Source of the DNA: an uncultured Nitrososphaerota archaeon
GTDB lineage: Archaea > Thermoproteota > Nitrososphaeria > Nitrososphaerales > Gagatemarchaeaceae
Assembly (NCBI GenBank): GCA_963838925.1
Contig: CAWISW010000003.1
Location: 160,001-224,000 of the forward strand
Direction of reading: 5' to 3'
DNA: 64,000 nucleotides
The translations under genes were made by a program, and so were the position numbers. The notes under the pieces were generated by a model. It searched no databases. It saw nothing but the letters and a program-made list of their open reading frames with translations, and was not told the DNA's origin. Each line of letters begins with the position of its first letter. Position 1 is the stretch's first letter. Shown here one piece after another: positions 11,001 through 19,322 of the stretch.

Positions 11001-11175
11001 TTTTCGAGATGATATTCTAAAATTTGTAAGTGCATTCGACAGAAACACCCTTTACAGAATTATCGGAAACCCAAGTTTGCTTGACACTACGGAAACTACG
11101 GGGCGAGTGAACAAAATCGACTTATCGCTTCCAGATGACTTTCGACAGACGCTAAAGCGAATATTGGCAGGATAA
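8017..11175 (+). CDS. hamB: Hachiman HamB-like Ski2/DEAH-box helicase
   Basis: PTGAGKT, PSRALA, TPEK, DEFH, HRGDL, STTTLVEGVNLP, GRAGR; long helical N-terminus. Confidence 0.7.
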   Translation: MSGRLIDPLIEYSQFTRREEVQNLDNAFRKYRNQAKERTLAYFTGELENNRRQALEISNQMTREAVRLSIIGDLVRKNSLVESPEGRRWYEYHLIAARNYQKVFELSSRENAFAKDEALYIFLLMSSAEFHNAMQHSSAFSLCQEAKVMIKSLLKEKRDWFEENLYRFHLLLLDFFSDDYGQLSERIKLYQADLDAKLDGQMELSIYDLLDLQCLISITTCMADFSSYVTKGERDALEKCKAGLEFCREACDRSGRPDFRYAVDKLTSSIQTSSVLSVWNIGSQSGSNLSNADGLNEFIHSKVKNNMYFLFPSQYEALGHGFLDSDAKRVLLSTPTGAGKTFLAELTLLQEILKDWSDDSIAIYMVPSRALAREKFEDLRRTFSGLPTFNKRVCQVTGEILLDAKRAMEENDILVVTPEKFDMLMRNRFYGNNVKCLIIDEFHNMRSGYRGIRIEFDLIRFLELFPKSKTVLISAIVSNFDDVKKWFVADKDFETTWRPTFARIGIFDARANRIIRFTDGASYDVSLPIGMRNNAHQKQAAYLAKSFASEGATMIFCSNKFAVDYCARKILELADGDIRFNSDMNVQYATKLSRVIGEKEEIYEFFRAGIGVHRGDLPHIIRRIMEDAVRSNAINLLVSTTTLVEGVNLPLRTIIIPIPEVGGEPLPIGLFFNILGRAGRPGKEIEGQVIFVASRGKKAHTTEDLERYETATRKDIERIVTPLVRIIELKDKLENPGEVKMKQRHERELGMHEAVLDTMLLSALVEKLVQAISGDSLLNRIVVEGSVNLTPGSRRALLKILEDSEARLLDSKSVLKDSNKLTITGFGKMAYKTGFSPSTCRDLFEKMSEVINAMDQTNMKGRITNNSTVLYSILRHLEGLVEAGAYFSDGVPVEYVSILSDWIKGVSSSRLAEVYFRNSKNKMTETLLQVDGLLSGFSAWYTYALSLIMEFFLEEKGVPGSKYINYIRNLPRYCFYGSYDRLVLYILQRDTSKELFRDDILKFVSAFDRNTLYRIIGNPSLLDTTETTGRVNKIDLSLPDDFRQTLKRILAG

Positions 11176-11257
11176 TTCATTGCTGCTGCCCGGTTACAAT
11201 TGATTGTATGCAATGGGTGCTGGGGGTAGATTTTTTTTGGGCGCTGCGTTGGATTAC

Positions 11258-11308
11258 CGTCGTACGCGGGTTCATTTCGCCTACGCCGGGCATTTCACAC
11301 ACACGTTG
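11258..11308 (-). repeat. 23S 3'-end/trailer repeat copy 1 (degenerate)
   Basis: gggttcatttcgcctacgccgggcatttcacacacacgttg vs native 43872-43913. Confidence 0.75.
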
Positions 11309-11359
11309 GACGACGGATAGCGCAACAACCCCGTCACATTCACTTGGTTTCGGACAGAG

Positions 11360-11734
11360 TCAACGTCCCTGTAGCAGGATCTCTCTAGCCTCGTTGATGT
11401 CTCTCATCTTTGCTGCCGATCCCCCCGGTCTGTCTGGGTGCCACACCATGGCCATCCTCTTGTAGGCCGCCTTGATCTCGGCCTCGGTCGCACCGACCCT
11501 GACGCCCAAGACCTGGGCGGCCCTTGGGATCTCTTTGACGGCGCCCAGGTCGAACGGATTGCGACGGTCGTCTTGGTGGTCCGGTCTTCGGCGGTTATTG
11601 TAAGGGTCTCTCTCGCGCTGCCTCCTGACCCGCTCCTCGTCGGCGCGCCATAGCTCCTCGTAGATCATTCTGCGGCGCTCCTCCGTGCGCGCCCAATCCT
11701 CTGTCTCCGTTTCCTCCTGAGCTTGCGTCCGCAT
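11360..11734 (-). CDS. J-domain (DnaJ-like) small protein
   Basis: VLGV...EIKAAYKRMAMVWHPDR...INEA. Confidence 0.8.
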   Translation of the reverse strand: MRTQAQEETETEDWARTEERRRMIYEELWRADEERVRRQRERDPYNNRRRPDHQDDRRNPFDLGAVKEIPRAAQVLGVRVGATEAEIKAAYKRMAMVWHPDRPGGSAAKMRDINEAREILLQGR

Positions 11735-12064
11735 CGGGAAGGTTTGGCGTTGTGCTGGTATTTAAGCCGCCGATTCGTTGTCCTTAGAGTCACCGAAGGA
11801 ATTTCTTGCGATGACGCTGGAATTCATGTTACTGCTCGGGAGAGTTCATTCCAACGCGGCCGAGAAAGATTCTGATCTGGAGGCGGCCCGAATCCCGGCC
11901 ATGGCAGGAAGAAGTGAAAGACCAAGATGTTCGACGAGGGCTAGCAAATGTCAATAAGGTCCTGATTCCGCACGTGGTGGAAGGGAGAAACACTGGCTAC
12001 GGAGAAAGTAGTCTTTGTAAGAGTCAAACTGGAGGAAAGAGTTGCACAAAACGTACTTTCCAGA

Positions 12065-12721
12065 TTGAATGATATTCCCGAGCTCGTAACTATCAATCGA
12101 GTTCGACAGACTGAGCTGTATAACATCTTCTTCCGAGTCACGGATGATTCTATTGAATCATTGCGCTCGAGACTCAAAGCTACAGGTGTCAAAGTTAGAG
12201 AGTTCGTCGTAATTGCCGAAAGTAGGAAATTGGGAAGCTCCTTCGATAGGACTGTCTTTCAATTCAAACAGGTGTCGTATGCCCTCGTTGGAGATAGGGT
12301 ATCAGGAGACGAACAACCGCAATTCAGACTTAGCGAGAATAGATTGGCGATAATTACTAGAGAGTTAAAGAGCTTAGAATTGGATTGGATTTCCGACAGG
12401 CTTGAGTCCAGTTGGTTGATGAGTCACATGATACTGCAAACTCAAGAAAAGAACAGCGCGCTGCCAAACGCTACTGATTTCCTCTTTCGAAGTCTATCTT
12501 CGCTATACGAGTCCTTCATTTCACAAGCTCTCGTCGACATGGGAGAGATGTTCGGTAACCTGGATGAAGCTAATGAGAAGAGATTCTTCAATGAATACAA
12601 TGAATTGACGCTCGAATTGCGCGACTTTGTTGAAATGAGGAGGGCCTACGTCAATGCAGCTGACGAACAGGGGTTACGCAATTCTTACGTAAGATCGCTT
12701 TCAGCGAACAGGAGAGGATAA
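12065..12721 (+). CDS. Hypothetical protein; frame is open upstream to a CTG at 11993, adding an AsnC/RAM-like N-terminus
   Basis: ORF track plus hand translation of upstream frame (VVFVRVKLEERVAQNVLSRLNDIPEL). Confidence 0.55.
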   Translation: MNDIPELVTINRVRQTELYNIFFRVTDDSIESLRSRLKATGVKVREFVVIAESRKLGSSFDRTVFQFKQVSYALVGDRVSGDEQPQFRLSENRLAIITRELKSLELDWISDRLESSWLMSHMILQTQEKNSALPNATDFLFRSLSSLYESFISQALVDMGEMFGNLDEANEKRFFNEYNELTLELRDFVEMRRAYVNAADEQGLRNSYVRSLSANRRG

Positions 12722-13380
12722 TGACCGTCAAGAAAGCTTGGTTGGGAGGCGACTTGAAACACTTACGCGTATTGGTGAGAAATGAATCAGTTGACGCAGC
12801 GCATTACTTCACTTTTCCTGCCGAGAGGGGTCGAACCAAACTGGACGATGTTGAACCTGTCCAACGAGGAAGACTAAGGCTTCCAGGTCGAAGCTTCACT
12901 ATTATGTTATCCCGTCTTCATTACCTAGGTTTGGTCATATGGATCGACCCTAAGATTCACGAAAGAGATGGTTCGCTCAGACCTTTGTGCAGATTTGCAT
13001 TGAGTGTGCATACTCCATGCATCGATATGGGAGAGAAATCCAAAGTTTGGGAAAAGAAGGACGTCGCGGACGCGGAAAAAACCAGCGGGTTCCAAAGAGC
13101 GCAATTTTGGTTGGCCCTGCGTCTATTTGACCTCTTATACTGGATAACAAGTGATCCTTCGCTTAAGGAATATCCAAATGTGTTTGAGGAGCGCGAGGGC
13201 GTTGGATTCGAATCAATTCAATTGTTTGATAGGAAGTCCATTGTGAATCAGACCAGGTACTTGCTGTTTGTTTGTCAAGACTCGGACTTAAATCTGGTCA
13301 AGGAGTTCACGAAGACATCGCCAGATTCGATGGAGAAAAGAGAACTTGAGGACTTCTTGCTCAAGCTCGGAATCCCATAG
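12721..13380 (+). CDS. Hypothetical protein, translationally coupled to the upstream gene
   Basis: TAATG stop/start overlap at 12719-12723. Confidence 0.6.
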   Translation: MTVKKAWLGGDLKHLRVLVRNESVDAAHYFTFPAERGRTKLDDVEPVQRGRLRLPGRSFTIMLSRLHYLGLVIWIDPKIHERDGSLRPLCRFALSVHTPCIDMGEKSKVWEKKDVADAEKTSGFQRAQFWLALRLFDLLYWITSDPSLKEYPNVFEEREGVGFESIQLFDRKSIVNQTRYLLFVCQDSDLNLVKEFTKTSPDSMEKRELEDFLLKLGIP

Positions 13381-13601
13381 CTCAAGACGCGCACTTGTCG
13401 GCCGATGAATTGTGTCGGGGTGTAATTTGGAGTATCCCTTAGAGAGGTATTGGTCGGGCGAGGTAGAATCATGTAAGAATAGCGCCCAGTAACCCAGTGG
13501 GTTCGATCTACTGCACTCTGGTTCCAGACCGTCCTAGTTCCAGTTTCTCAGGAGATCTTCTCCGCAACCGCGGGATACTTTCGGGTGGCTTCGCTTTCTA
13601 T

Positions 13602-13655
13602 TGAATTCAGGGCTTGTAGCCATACTCAGGGTTCATTGCGCCTCCGCCGTGGCAT
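13602..13655 (-). repeat. 23S trailer repeat copy 2
   Basis: cagggcttgtagccatactcagggttcattgcgcctccgccgtggcat. Confidence 0.85.
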
Positions 13656-13706
13656 ATCTTCCTCCGTCAATCGGCTCGAAAATTCGCAGAAGAGGTTGAA
13701 TCCAAT

Positions 13707-16700
13707 TCATAGTTTGGTAGGTGCGAGTTGCAGGTGGCAAGCTATTCTCGGAAAATCCTTCTTGTCAATCGCAAGGATAACTCCTTGCCCAAGCTTTTGC
13801 AAGATAGCCATGACGGCGCATGCAGATCTATAATCCATCAGAAGTCTGGCCTCTACGTTTGCTTGGTCCTCCAGATTCACCTCGAAAACGCCCTTGGGCA
13901 AGAGACGTTCGCAAGATCTCTTGACTTTCTGCGATTCTATAGAAATTGGTAGAATCTCATTCTCGTCCTTGAATTGGTTTAGACTGAAAATTGCTCTTGA
14001 CGGAGAAGATAGCTTAACGCAGTCTGGGGAGATGAACCTCGAGTGAGCCAAGTTAGCTCTTATGATGAATTCGATTGAATCACGCATGAAGGCATAGAGT
14101 TCCCCTTCTTGCTGTGGGCCTATTGGCTTCTCATGAGAAGCTCGCGTATCTTGACGCTCAAATCCTACAGAAAGATATCCGTACAGACGATCTTCGCTCC
14201 ATCCCGGAAAGAGAAACGAGAATATCCTGTTCCAGTTCTTCCTTCCTTCGGGAGAATTTGTCTTTCCGGTCATAATGAGTTTGTACTCTCCCCGATTCAC
14301 GCCTTCGAACTCATTGGCAACAGTGAGTCCGTTTTGCTCGGCCTCCTGAAGTTTCGATACTATATGTTGCCGGATATTTGGATCAACGTGTTCTATGCGA
14401 TTGGTCCTGCCTCCGTAGTACATGGTGAAAGCATTGAAAAGAAACATTCTCAGCTTTCTCTCCACGTATTTCGTTATTCTGGAGTTTATCTGATCATAAC
14501 GTGGCCAGATGAGGAACTCTTTCAAAAGGTCCCGACACTCGTGGAATAACTCGATTTCTTCGTTTGTGAGGCCTGTAATCGGGATTATGAGGCGTTTTTT
14601 TCCTTCGTACTCGTCCTTGAAGAACTGTATTATTATCGAAAAGGAATCATGATAGTAGGCAACCAACTGCTTCGCGAAGTCCTTCGGTCTGCCTTCGTCT
14701 GCGATGAGTTTCTCTGTGTCTAGGAACTTTGTAACGGCTTCCGGTGAACTCCAAAAGTCCTTCCAGAAGTAGATTGTCGCGAGGTCATCATCCGTAGTTG
14801 GGCTAAGTCCTTCGAAGACCCGATATGCTCTTGTTAGAGATGCAAGAGATGAGACGCAATTCTTAGCAAGCTCCCATTCCTGCCCGCTCGAGAGTTGCGC
14901 GTCTTCATGTCGAAGAATGTCCAAGTGGAATCGTTTTGCCTCCTCCAGGAAGACAGATAGTGGACTTGGGGCTTGGGGAAGAATGGAATCAATGAAATCG
15001 ACTTCGAGGTTCTTTGGTTTCGCTTGCTCCTTTTTCTCGCCGTAGAGTTTCGGAATGTAGTAGTCAATCGTCAAGTCGTATTTTCGTTTCGTTTGCTCAC
15101 TAAGTACTACCAATGGCTTCGATATGTAGAAAATGGGCTCGTTCTTCCAAGTTCTGAAGACGAGGCCGGCATTCTCAAGGTACCACATGCGTTTTGCCAT
15201 TGAAGAGTCCTTCTTCAATTCCGAGTCCGTGATCCCTTTCTCGACGTATACATCAGCAAGCAAATTCAAACACTCGTCGCGCTGACTTGGCTTGAGATTC
15301 ATACCAGTCATTAGACGTCGGATTGGTCTTATGACAAGAGGATTTGACTCTATTATCGCTCTTATCTCGTTCAACGTGCTTGCGGGTACAATCAATTCGG
15401 GTTCGCCGTTTTCGTACGCAAGGGCGACCTGACGCAGAACCTCGCGAATTGTGAAGAAGTCGGGAGTGCGTTCGCGCTTTATCTTAAAGAAGACTTTCTC
15501 GATGAACTTGGTGTTTACTTTGACCGGATTGTCCGGATTCTTGGAAAATGCTCTCAATCTTCGATTCACAACGTCGAGTGCCCAATCTATTTCCAACGGA
15601 GGCATTGGCTCTGCACGCTCTATCGAGCCCGAAAACTGTGGATTGTTGACTATTCGTCCATACAAATCGTTCGAGGATTCCACGTAGAAGCATATTGAGT
15701 TCATTCCGGTATTCCGTTTGAGTTCTCGCGTCAAACTCTGAAGATCACTCAAGAATTGCACGGCCACATCCAAGTCTCCCTTGTGAAGGTCTTCTACGAA
15801 GATGACAAGTCCCTTGACGCTACTTGTTCGTGCGAGCGATGAGATTATTTTTTCAATGCTCTCCATCTTATCATTCGGATTCAATTCAGTAAGGAAGACG
15901 CCATGAACTCGCGCCACATCTAGCAGTTTGTTGTAGAGTTGTCTCGTGCAATCATAGTTGACCGTCTCTATATCGTGTGCGGTGCTCACGGAGAGATAGA
16001 TTGCCATCGCTCTTTCACGATAGAGTTTGGAGCCGAGATACTCAAAGAAGGTGGATTTTCCAGAGCCATAGAGCCCATAGACGAGAGTGTTCCCGAATAG
16101 CTTGTCTGGATGCTTCTCCAATAGAGAGAGATACTTGATAAAGATTGGAGTTTCGTGAATGATTTGATCATACATGTCTGGGTGAAAATTCGAAATCCCG
16201 ACTGTGTTCGGAGGGAATGGGTCTTGGGTGAGTCCCCTTTGTTCCCACCATTCAACTTCTTCTTCTTGTTCCGACTTGGCGATTTCGGCTTCATCTAGTA
16301 CAGGATTGTCTAAAGAGTCCAAAATTGAGCTGACTTCTTCCCTCCTGAGGAGAATCTCTTCGTCGAGCGCCTTGAGCTCATCACTCTTGGCCTTGAGTGC
16401 CCGTTCCCCGGCTTCCTTCTCTAGTTCTTCCAATATCTCGTGTTTCTTCTCCTCGTCTTCAAGCACTTTCCGATTTACGAGATGCTCGAGTTTGGGAGAC
16501 TCCACCCTTAGTCTCAGTTTGTCTCGAAAGAAGTCTTTGTTCTGCACATTGTCTCGAAAGAATGGAAGTATCAGTATCCTATCAAGTTCTTCTGACGATT
16601 TGATTTGAGAGCTCTCAATCATCAACGAAAGCGCGGTTTCCGCGATTTCCCTGTCTCTTGGTGGGGAGAGTTTCGCGTAATTGAGAAAGAAATCCTGCCT

Positions 16701-16793
16701 TACTTCCTTGAAGTTATCCTTCGGGAATGGGTCTAATCGGAACCATTTTGAGTATCTGACTATGAATTCTCGAATAGCCTCCCTGCGATCCAT
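13707..16793 (-). CDS. Large P-loop AAA+ ATPase with possible C-terminal HEPN-like domain
   Basis: WWEQRGLTQDPF, Walker A GLYGSGKST, Walker B VIFVED; C-terminal VERKLR...RASH. Confidence 0.65.
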   Translation of the reverse strand: MDRREAIREFIVRYSKWFRLDPFPKDNFKEVRQDFFLNYAKLSPPRDREIAETALSLMIESSQIKSSEELDRILILPFFRDNVQNKDFFRDKLRLRVESPKLEHLVNRKVLEDEEKKHEILEELEKEAGERALKAKSDELKALDEEILLRREEVSSILDSLDNPVLDEAEIAKSEQEEEVEWWEQRGLTQDPFPPNTVGISNFHPDMYDQIIHETPIFIKYLSLLEKHPDKLFGNTLVYGLYGSGKSTFFEYLGSKLYRERAMAIYLSVSTAHDIETVNYDCTRQLYNKLLDVARVHGVFLTELNPNDKMESIEKIISSLARTSSVKGLVIFVEDLHKGDLDVAVQFLSDLQSLTRELKRNTGMNSICFYVESSNDLYGRIVNNPQFSGSIERAEPMPPLEIDWALDVVNRRLRAFSKNPDNPVKVNTKFIEKVFFKIKRERTPDFFTIREVLRQVALAYENGEPELIVPASTLNEIRAIIESNPLVIRPIRRLMTGMNLKPSQRDECLNLLADVYVEKGITDSELKKDSSMAKRMWYLENAGLVFRTWKNEPIFYISKPLVVLSEQTKRKYDLTIDYYIPKLYGEKKEQAKPKNLEVDFIDSILPQAPSPLSVFLEEAKRFHLDILRHEDAQLSSGQEWELAKNCVSSLASLTRAYRVFEGLSPTTDDDLATIYFWKDFWSSPEAVTKFLDTEKLIADEGRPKDFAKQLVAYYHDSFSIIIQFFKDEYEGKKRLIIPITGLTNEEIELFHECRDLLKEFLIWPRYDQINSRITKYVERKLRMFLFNAFTMYYGGRTNRIEHVDPNIRQHIVSKLQEAEQNGLTVANEFEGVNRGEYKLIMTGKTNSPEGRKNWNRIFSFLFPGWSEDRLYGYLSVGFERQDTRASHEKPIGPQQEGELYAFMRDSIEFIIRANLAHSRFISPDCVKLSSPSRAIFSLNQFKDENEILPISIESQKVKRSCERLLPKGVFEVNLEDQANVEARLLMDYRSACAVMAILQKLGQGVILAIDKKDFPRIACHLQLAPTKL

Positions 16794-16885
16794 TATGATG
16801 TCATGTAGTTAGCCTATGTATAAATTCATCAAAGAGCGACCAGAACTCCATGAAGTCAGCATAATATCCAATCCGTAGTGGCTCC

Positions 16886-16967
16886 GCATGTACAAAGGAT
16901 CAATTGCCTCCGCCGGGGCATTTCACTCACACGTTGAGCTATAGGCGGTTAACGGGGCTCAACTAGT
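16886..16967 (-). repeat. 23S 3'-end/trailer repeat copy 3
   Basis: gcctccgccggggcatttcactcacacgttgagctatagg...aactagt. Confidence 0.9.
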
Positions 16968-17003
16968 TAGGAGCTCTGAATAAGTCTGGAAGTGAACGAA
17001 TGG

Positions 17004-17816
17004 TTAATGATTTGACAAGAACTCACTTCTCTTCACAATCTCTAATAGTTTGTCTTTGGTGTCTAGTACATCCTCCAGCGAAGAAGGGCTGAGCGCAATA
17101 TCCAGACCTTGATGGGAAACCTCGTTCCTCAATTCAACGAACCGCTCTGTCAATCGATCATAATCATACCTGTCTAGACCAAGCTTCTGACGCCAATCTG
17201 GATCGTCCTTGATTGCGTGAAAGATCTCGCCCAAACCAAAGCATTCTATCTTCCTGAGTTCTGAATCTTTCTTCTGTCTTTCACTGAAATAGTATTCGAT
17301 TTTGCCGCTCTCGCTTTTCGTAAGTTTACTCATCCAATAGACATCGTTATGGGCCTCTTTCATGGCAGAAAGAAGGTTACTTTCCATCTGGCCGAATAGA
17401 AGATACAACAGTAACCTGACGGGTCGCTTGTCGAAATCAGAATAGGTGACTAGGCCGCAAATCTCATTTTGCTCCAGGACATAGAGAAATTTACTGTTGA
17501 TGATTTTCTTTAGGCCTATGATCACAGGAGTTGACGAGCTGATGAGCTTTGAGTAATGTATATCATGGCAAATATGTTCAAGAGACTTCTCAGAGTCGAG
17601 TTCTTTCTTCAATTCCTCTCTTAATACATACCCCTTGAATTGTTTAGTAGAAGCGTCCATAACTGGTGCTTGGTCGTAGTTTTCTTTGTCGAGCTTATCG
17701 CATACTTCCCGCTTGCTGTGGTTAGAAGCCGGGGCATAAAGGTCGCGAAGAGGCGTCATTATGGCAAGGACAGTAATTTGACCAGTCAAATGGGAATAGT
17801 ATTCTTGGAAAGCCAC
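17004..17816 (-). CDS. CBS-pair + HEPN-domain protein
   Basis: IMTP, YDQAPV, GLVTYSD (CBS); ESNL and LRNEVSH RxxxxH motif (HEPN). Confidence 0.75.
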   Translation of the reverse strand: MAFQEYYSHLTGQITVLAIMTPLRDLYAPASNHSKREVCDKLDKENYDQAPVMDASTKQFKGYVLREELKKELDSEKSLEHICHDIHYSKLISSSTPVIIGLKKIINSKFLYVLEQNEICGLVTYSDFDKRPVRLLLYLLFGQMESNLLSAMKEAHNDVYWMSKLTKSESGKIEYYFSERQKKDSELRKIECFGLGEIFHAIKDDPDWRQKLGLDRYDYDRLTERFVELRNEVSHQGLDIALSPSSLEDVLDTKDKLLEIVKRSEFLSNH

Positions 17817-17890
17817 CTGACCTAGCTCACAATCAACTGATGAAGATTCTTGTAGATGAACGTTATCATTTGATATGCGTGGAAAGTATG

Positions 17891-17923
17891 GTCGCCATAC
17901 ATAGGGTTCATTGCGCCTCCGCC
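17891..17923 (-). repeat. 23S trailer repeat copy 4 (core only)
   Basis: gtcgccatacatagggttcattgcgcctccgcc. Confidence 0.9.
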
Positions 17924-17932
17924 TGATGCGGT

Positions 17933-18241
17933 CTAAGTAGTTCCGTCGGTATACCAGCCATCAGGGGAGCCCGCGAAGTTCTCCGGACACGTGGTCACGC
18001 GGCCGAGCCTGAACTGGAGCCAGACCTTGTCCGCCCTCCTCGTTATCTTGACTACCTCGCCCTCCCAGGACTTCACCGGGGTCCTCATCTCCTTGTCCAC
18101 CTTGACGAAGACCGCCTGCGTGTGGTCCGCCAGCCTCTCGGGGTTCATCACGCCGCCGCGGAGCATTTCGTAAGGGTAAGAGGAGACGTTGCCTACCTTG
18201 TCCCAGTGGTTCGAACGGCTGGTAATCAGGACGTATCTCAA
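17933..18241 (-). CDS. Hypothetical 102-aa beta-rich protein
   Basis: ORF ends about 10 nt from repeat 4; protein-like composition. Confidence 0.55.
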   Translation of the reverse strand: MRYVLITSRSNHWDKVGNVSSYPYEMLRGGVMNPERLADHTQAVFVKVDKEMRTPVKSWEGEVVKITRRADKVWLQFRLGRVTTCPENFAGSPDGWYTDGTT

Positions 18242-18292
18242 GGCGAGCGTGCCGATGTGGTCGATCAGGTAGATAACGCTTCGAGACAGTCC

Positions 18293-19126
18293 TTAGGGTT
18301 CGTCTGTGGGGTCCCAGACCGTGTGCAGGTCCTCGCCGAGGGAGTCGAGCCTGGACATGTCCGCAGAGGAGATCTCGAAATCGAAGACCTCGCTGTTCTC
18401 CTTGATTCTCTCGGGGCGGGTCGACTTTGGGATGACGACGAGCCCGTGCTGCAGGCCCCAACGTATCATGACCTGGGCGGGGCTCTTGGAGTAACTTCGG
18501 GCGACGTCGAGGACGACGGGGTGGTCGAGCTTGTGCCCGCGGGTCAGGGGGCTGTAGGCCTCGAGCTGTATCCCGTTGCCGTCGCAGAAGCGGAGCAGCT
18601 CCTTCTGGTAGAGGAATGGGTTGAACTCGACCTGGTCGACTGCGGGGATGACATCCGAGCTGCCGAGCAGCTCCTGGAGGTGCCTGACGGTGTAGTTGCT
18701 AACGCCTATGGCCCGGCACGAGCCCCGTCGCTGGAGCTCCACGAGCGCCCTCCAGCTCTCGCCCCTGAGCTCCGGGACCGGCCAGTGGATCAGGTAGAGG
18801 TCGATGTAGTCCAGCCCGAGCCGCCGCATGCTCGCCTCGCAGGCGGACAGGGCGGAGTCGTAGCCCTGGTCGGCGTTCCAGAGCTTTGTGGTGACGAAGA
18901 TCTGCTCGCGCGGCACCCCGCTGTCTTTGATTCCCCGGCCCACGTCCTCCTCGTTCCCGTAGATCCTCGCCGTGTCGATGTGCCGGTAGCCCGCCTCCAG
19001 GGCGTACTTCACGGCCTCCTGGGTGACCCTTCCGGGCGGCGTCTGGAACACACCAAGCCCAAGAATAGGTATCTCTGTGCCCGAGTTGAGCTTCCTAGTC
19101 GACGTCATCTTCAGTCCCGAAGACAT
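18293..19126 (-). CDS. Aldo/keto reductase (DkgA-like)
   Basis: GYRHIDTARIYGNE, LDYIDLYLIHWP, IGVSNY, IPKS. Confidence 0.95.
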   Translation of the reverse strand: MSSGLKMTSTRKLNSGTEIPILGLGVFQTPPGRVTQEAVKYALEAGYRHIDTARIYGNEEDVGRGIKDSGVPREQIFVTTKLWNADQGYDSALSACEASMRRLGLDYIDLYLIHWPVPELRGESWRALVELQRRGSCRAIGVSNYTVRHLQELLGSSDVIPAVDQVEFNPFLYQKELLRFCDGNGIQLEAYSPLTRGHKLDHPVVLDVARSYSKSPAQVMIRWGLQHGLVVIPKSTRPERIKENSEVFDFEISSADMSRLDSLGEDLHTVWDPTDEP

Positions 19127-19198
19127 GCGCGCCAGATCGTGGAGCGCTGCCCGACCTTAAACCAACCGACCAGACACGCGCCTCCGAAGAAGTTTTAG

Positions 19199-19267
19199 GC
19201 CACGTATAGGGTTCATTGCGCCTCCGCCGGGGGGGGTTCAATCGCACGTTGAGCCATAGGTAGTGGA
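19199..19267 (-). repeat. 23S 3'-end/trailer repeat copy 5
   Basis: tagggttcattgcgcctccgccgggg...gcacgttgagccataggtagtgga. Confidence 0.9.
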
Positions 19268-19322
19268 TTGAAGAGTTTGTTCGGCCTAACTTTGACTAGG
19301 AAGCATAACGGTTCTGTTCAAT

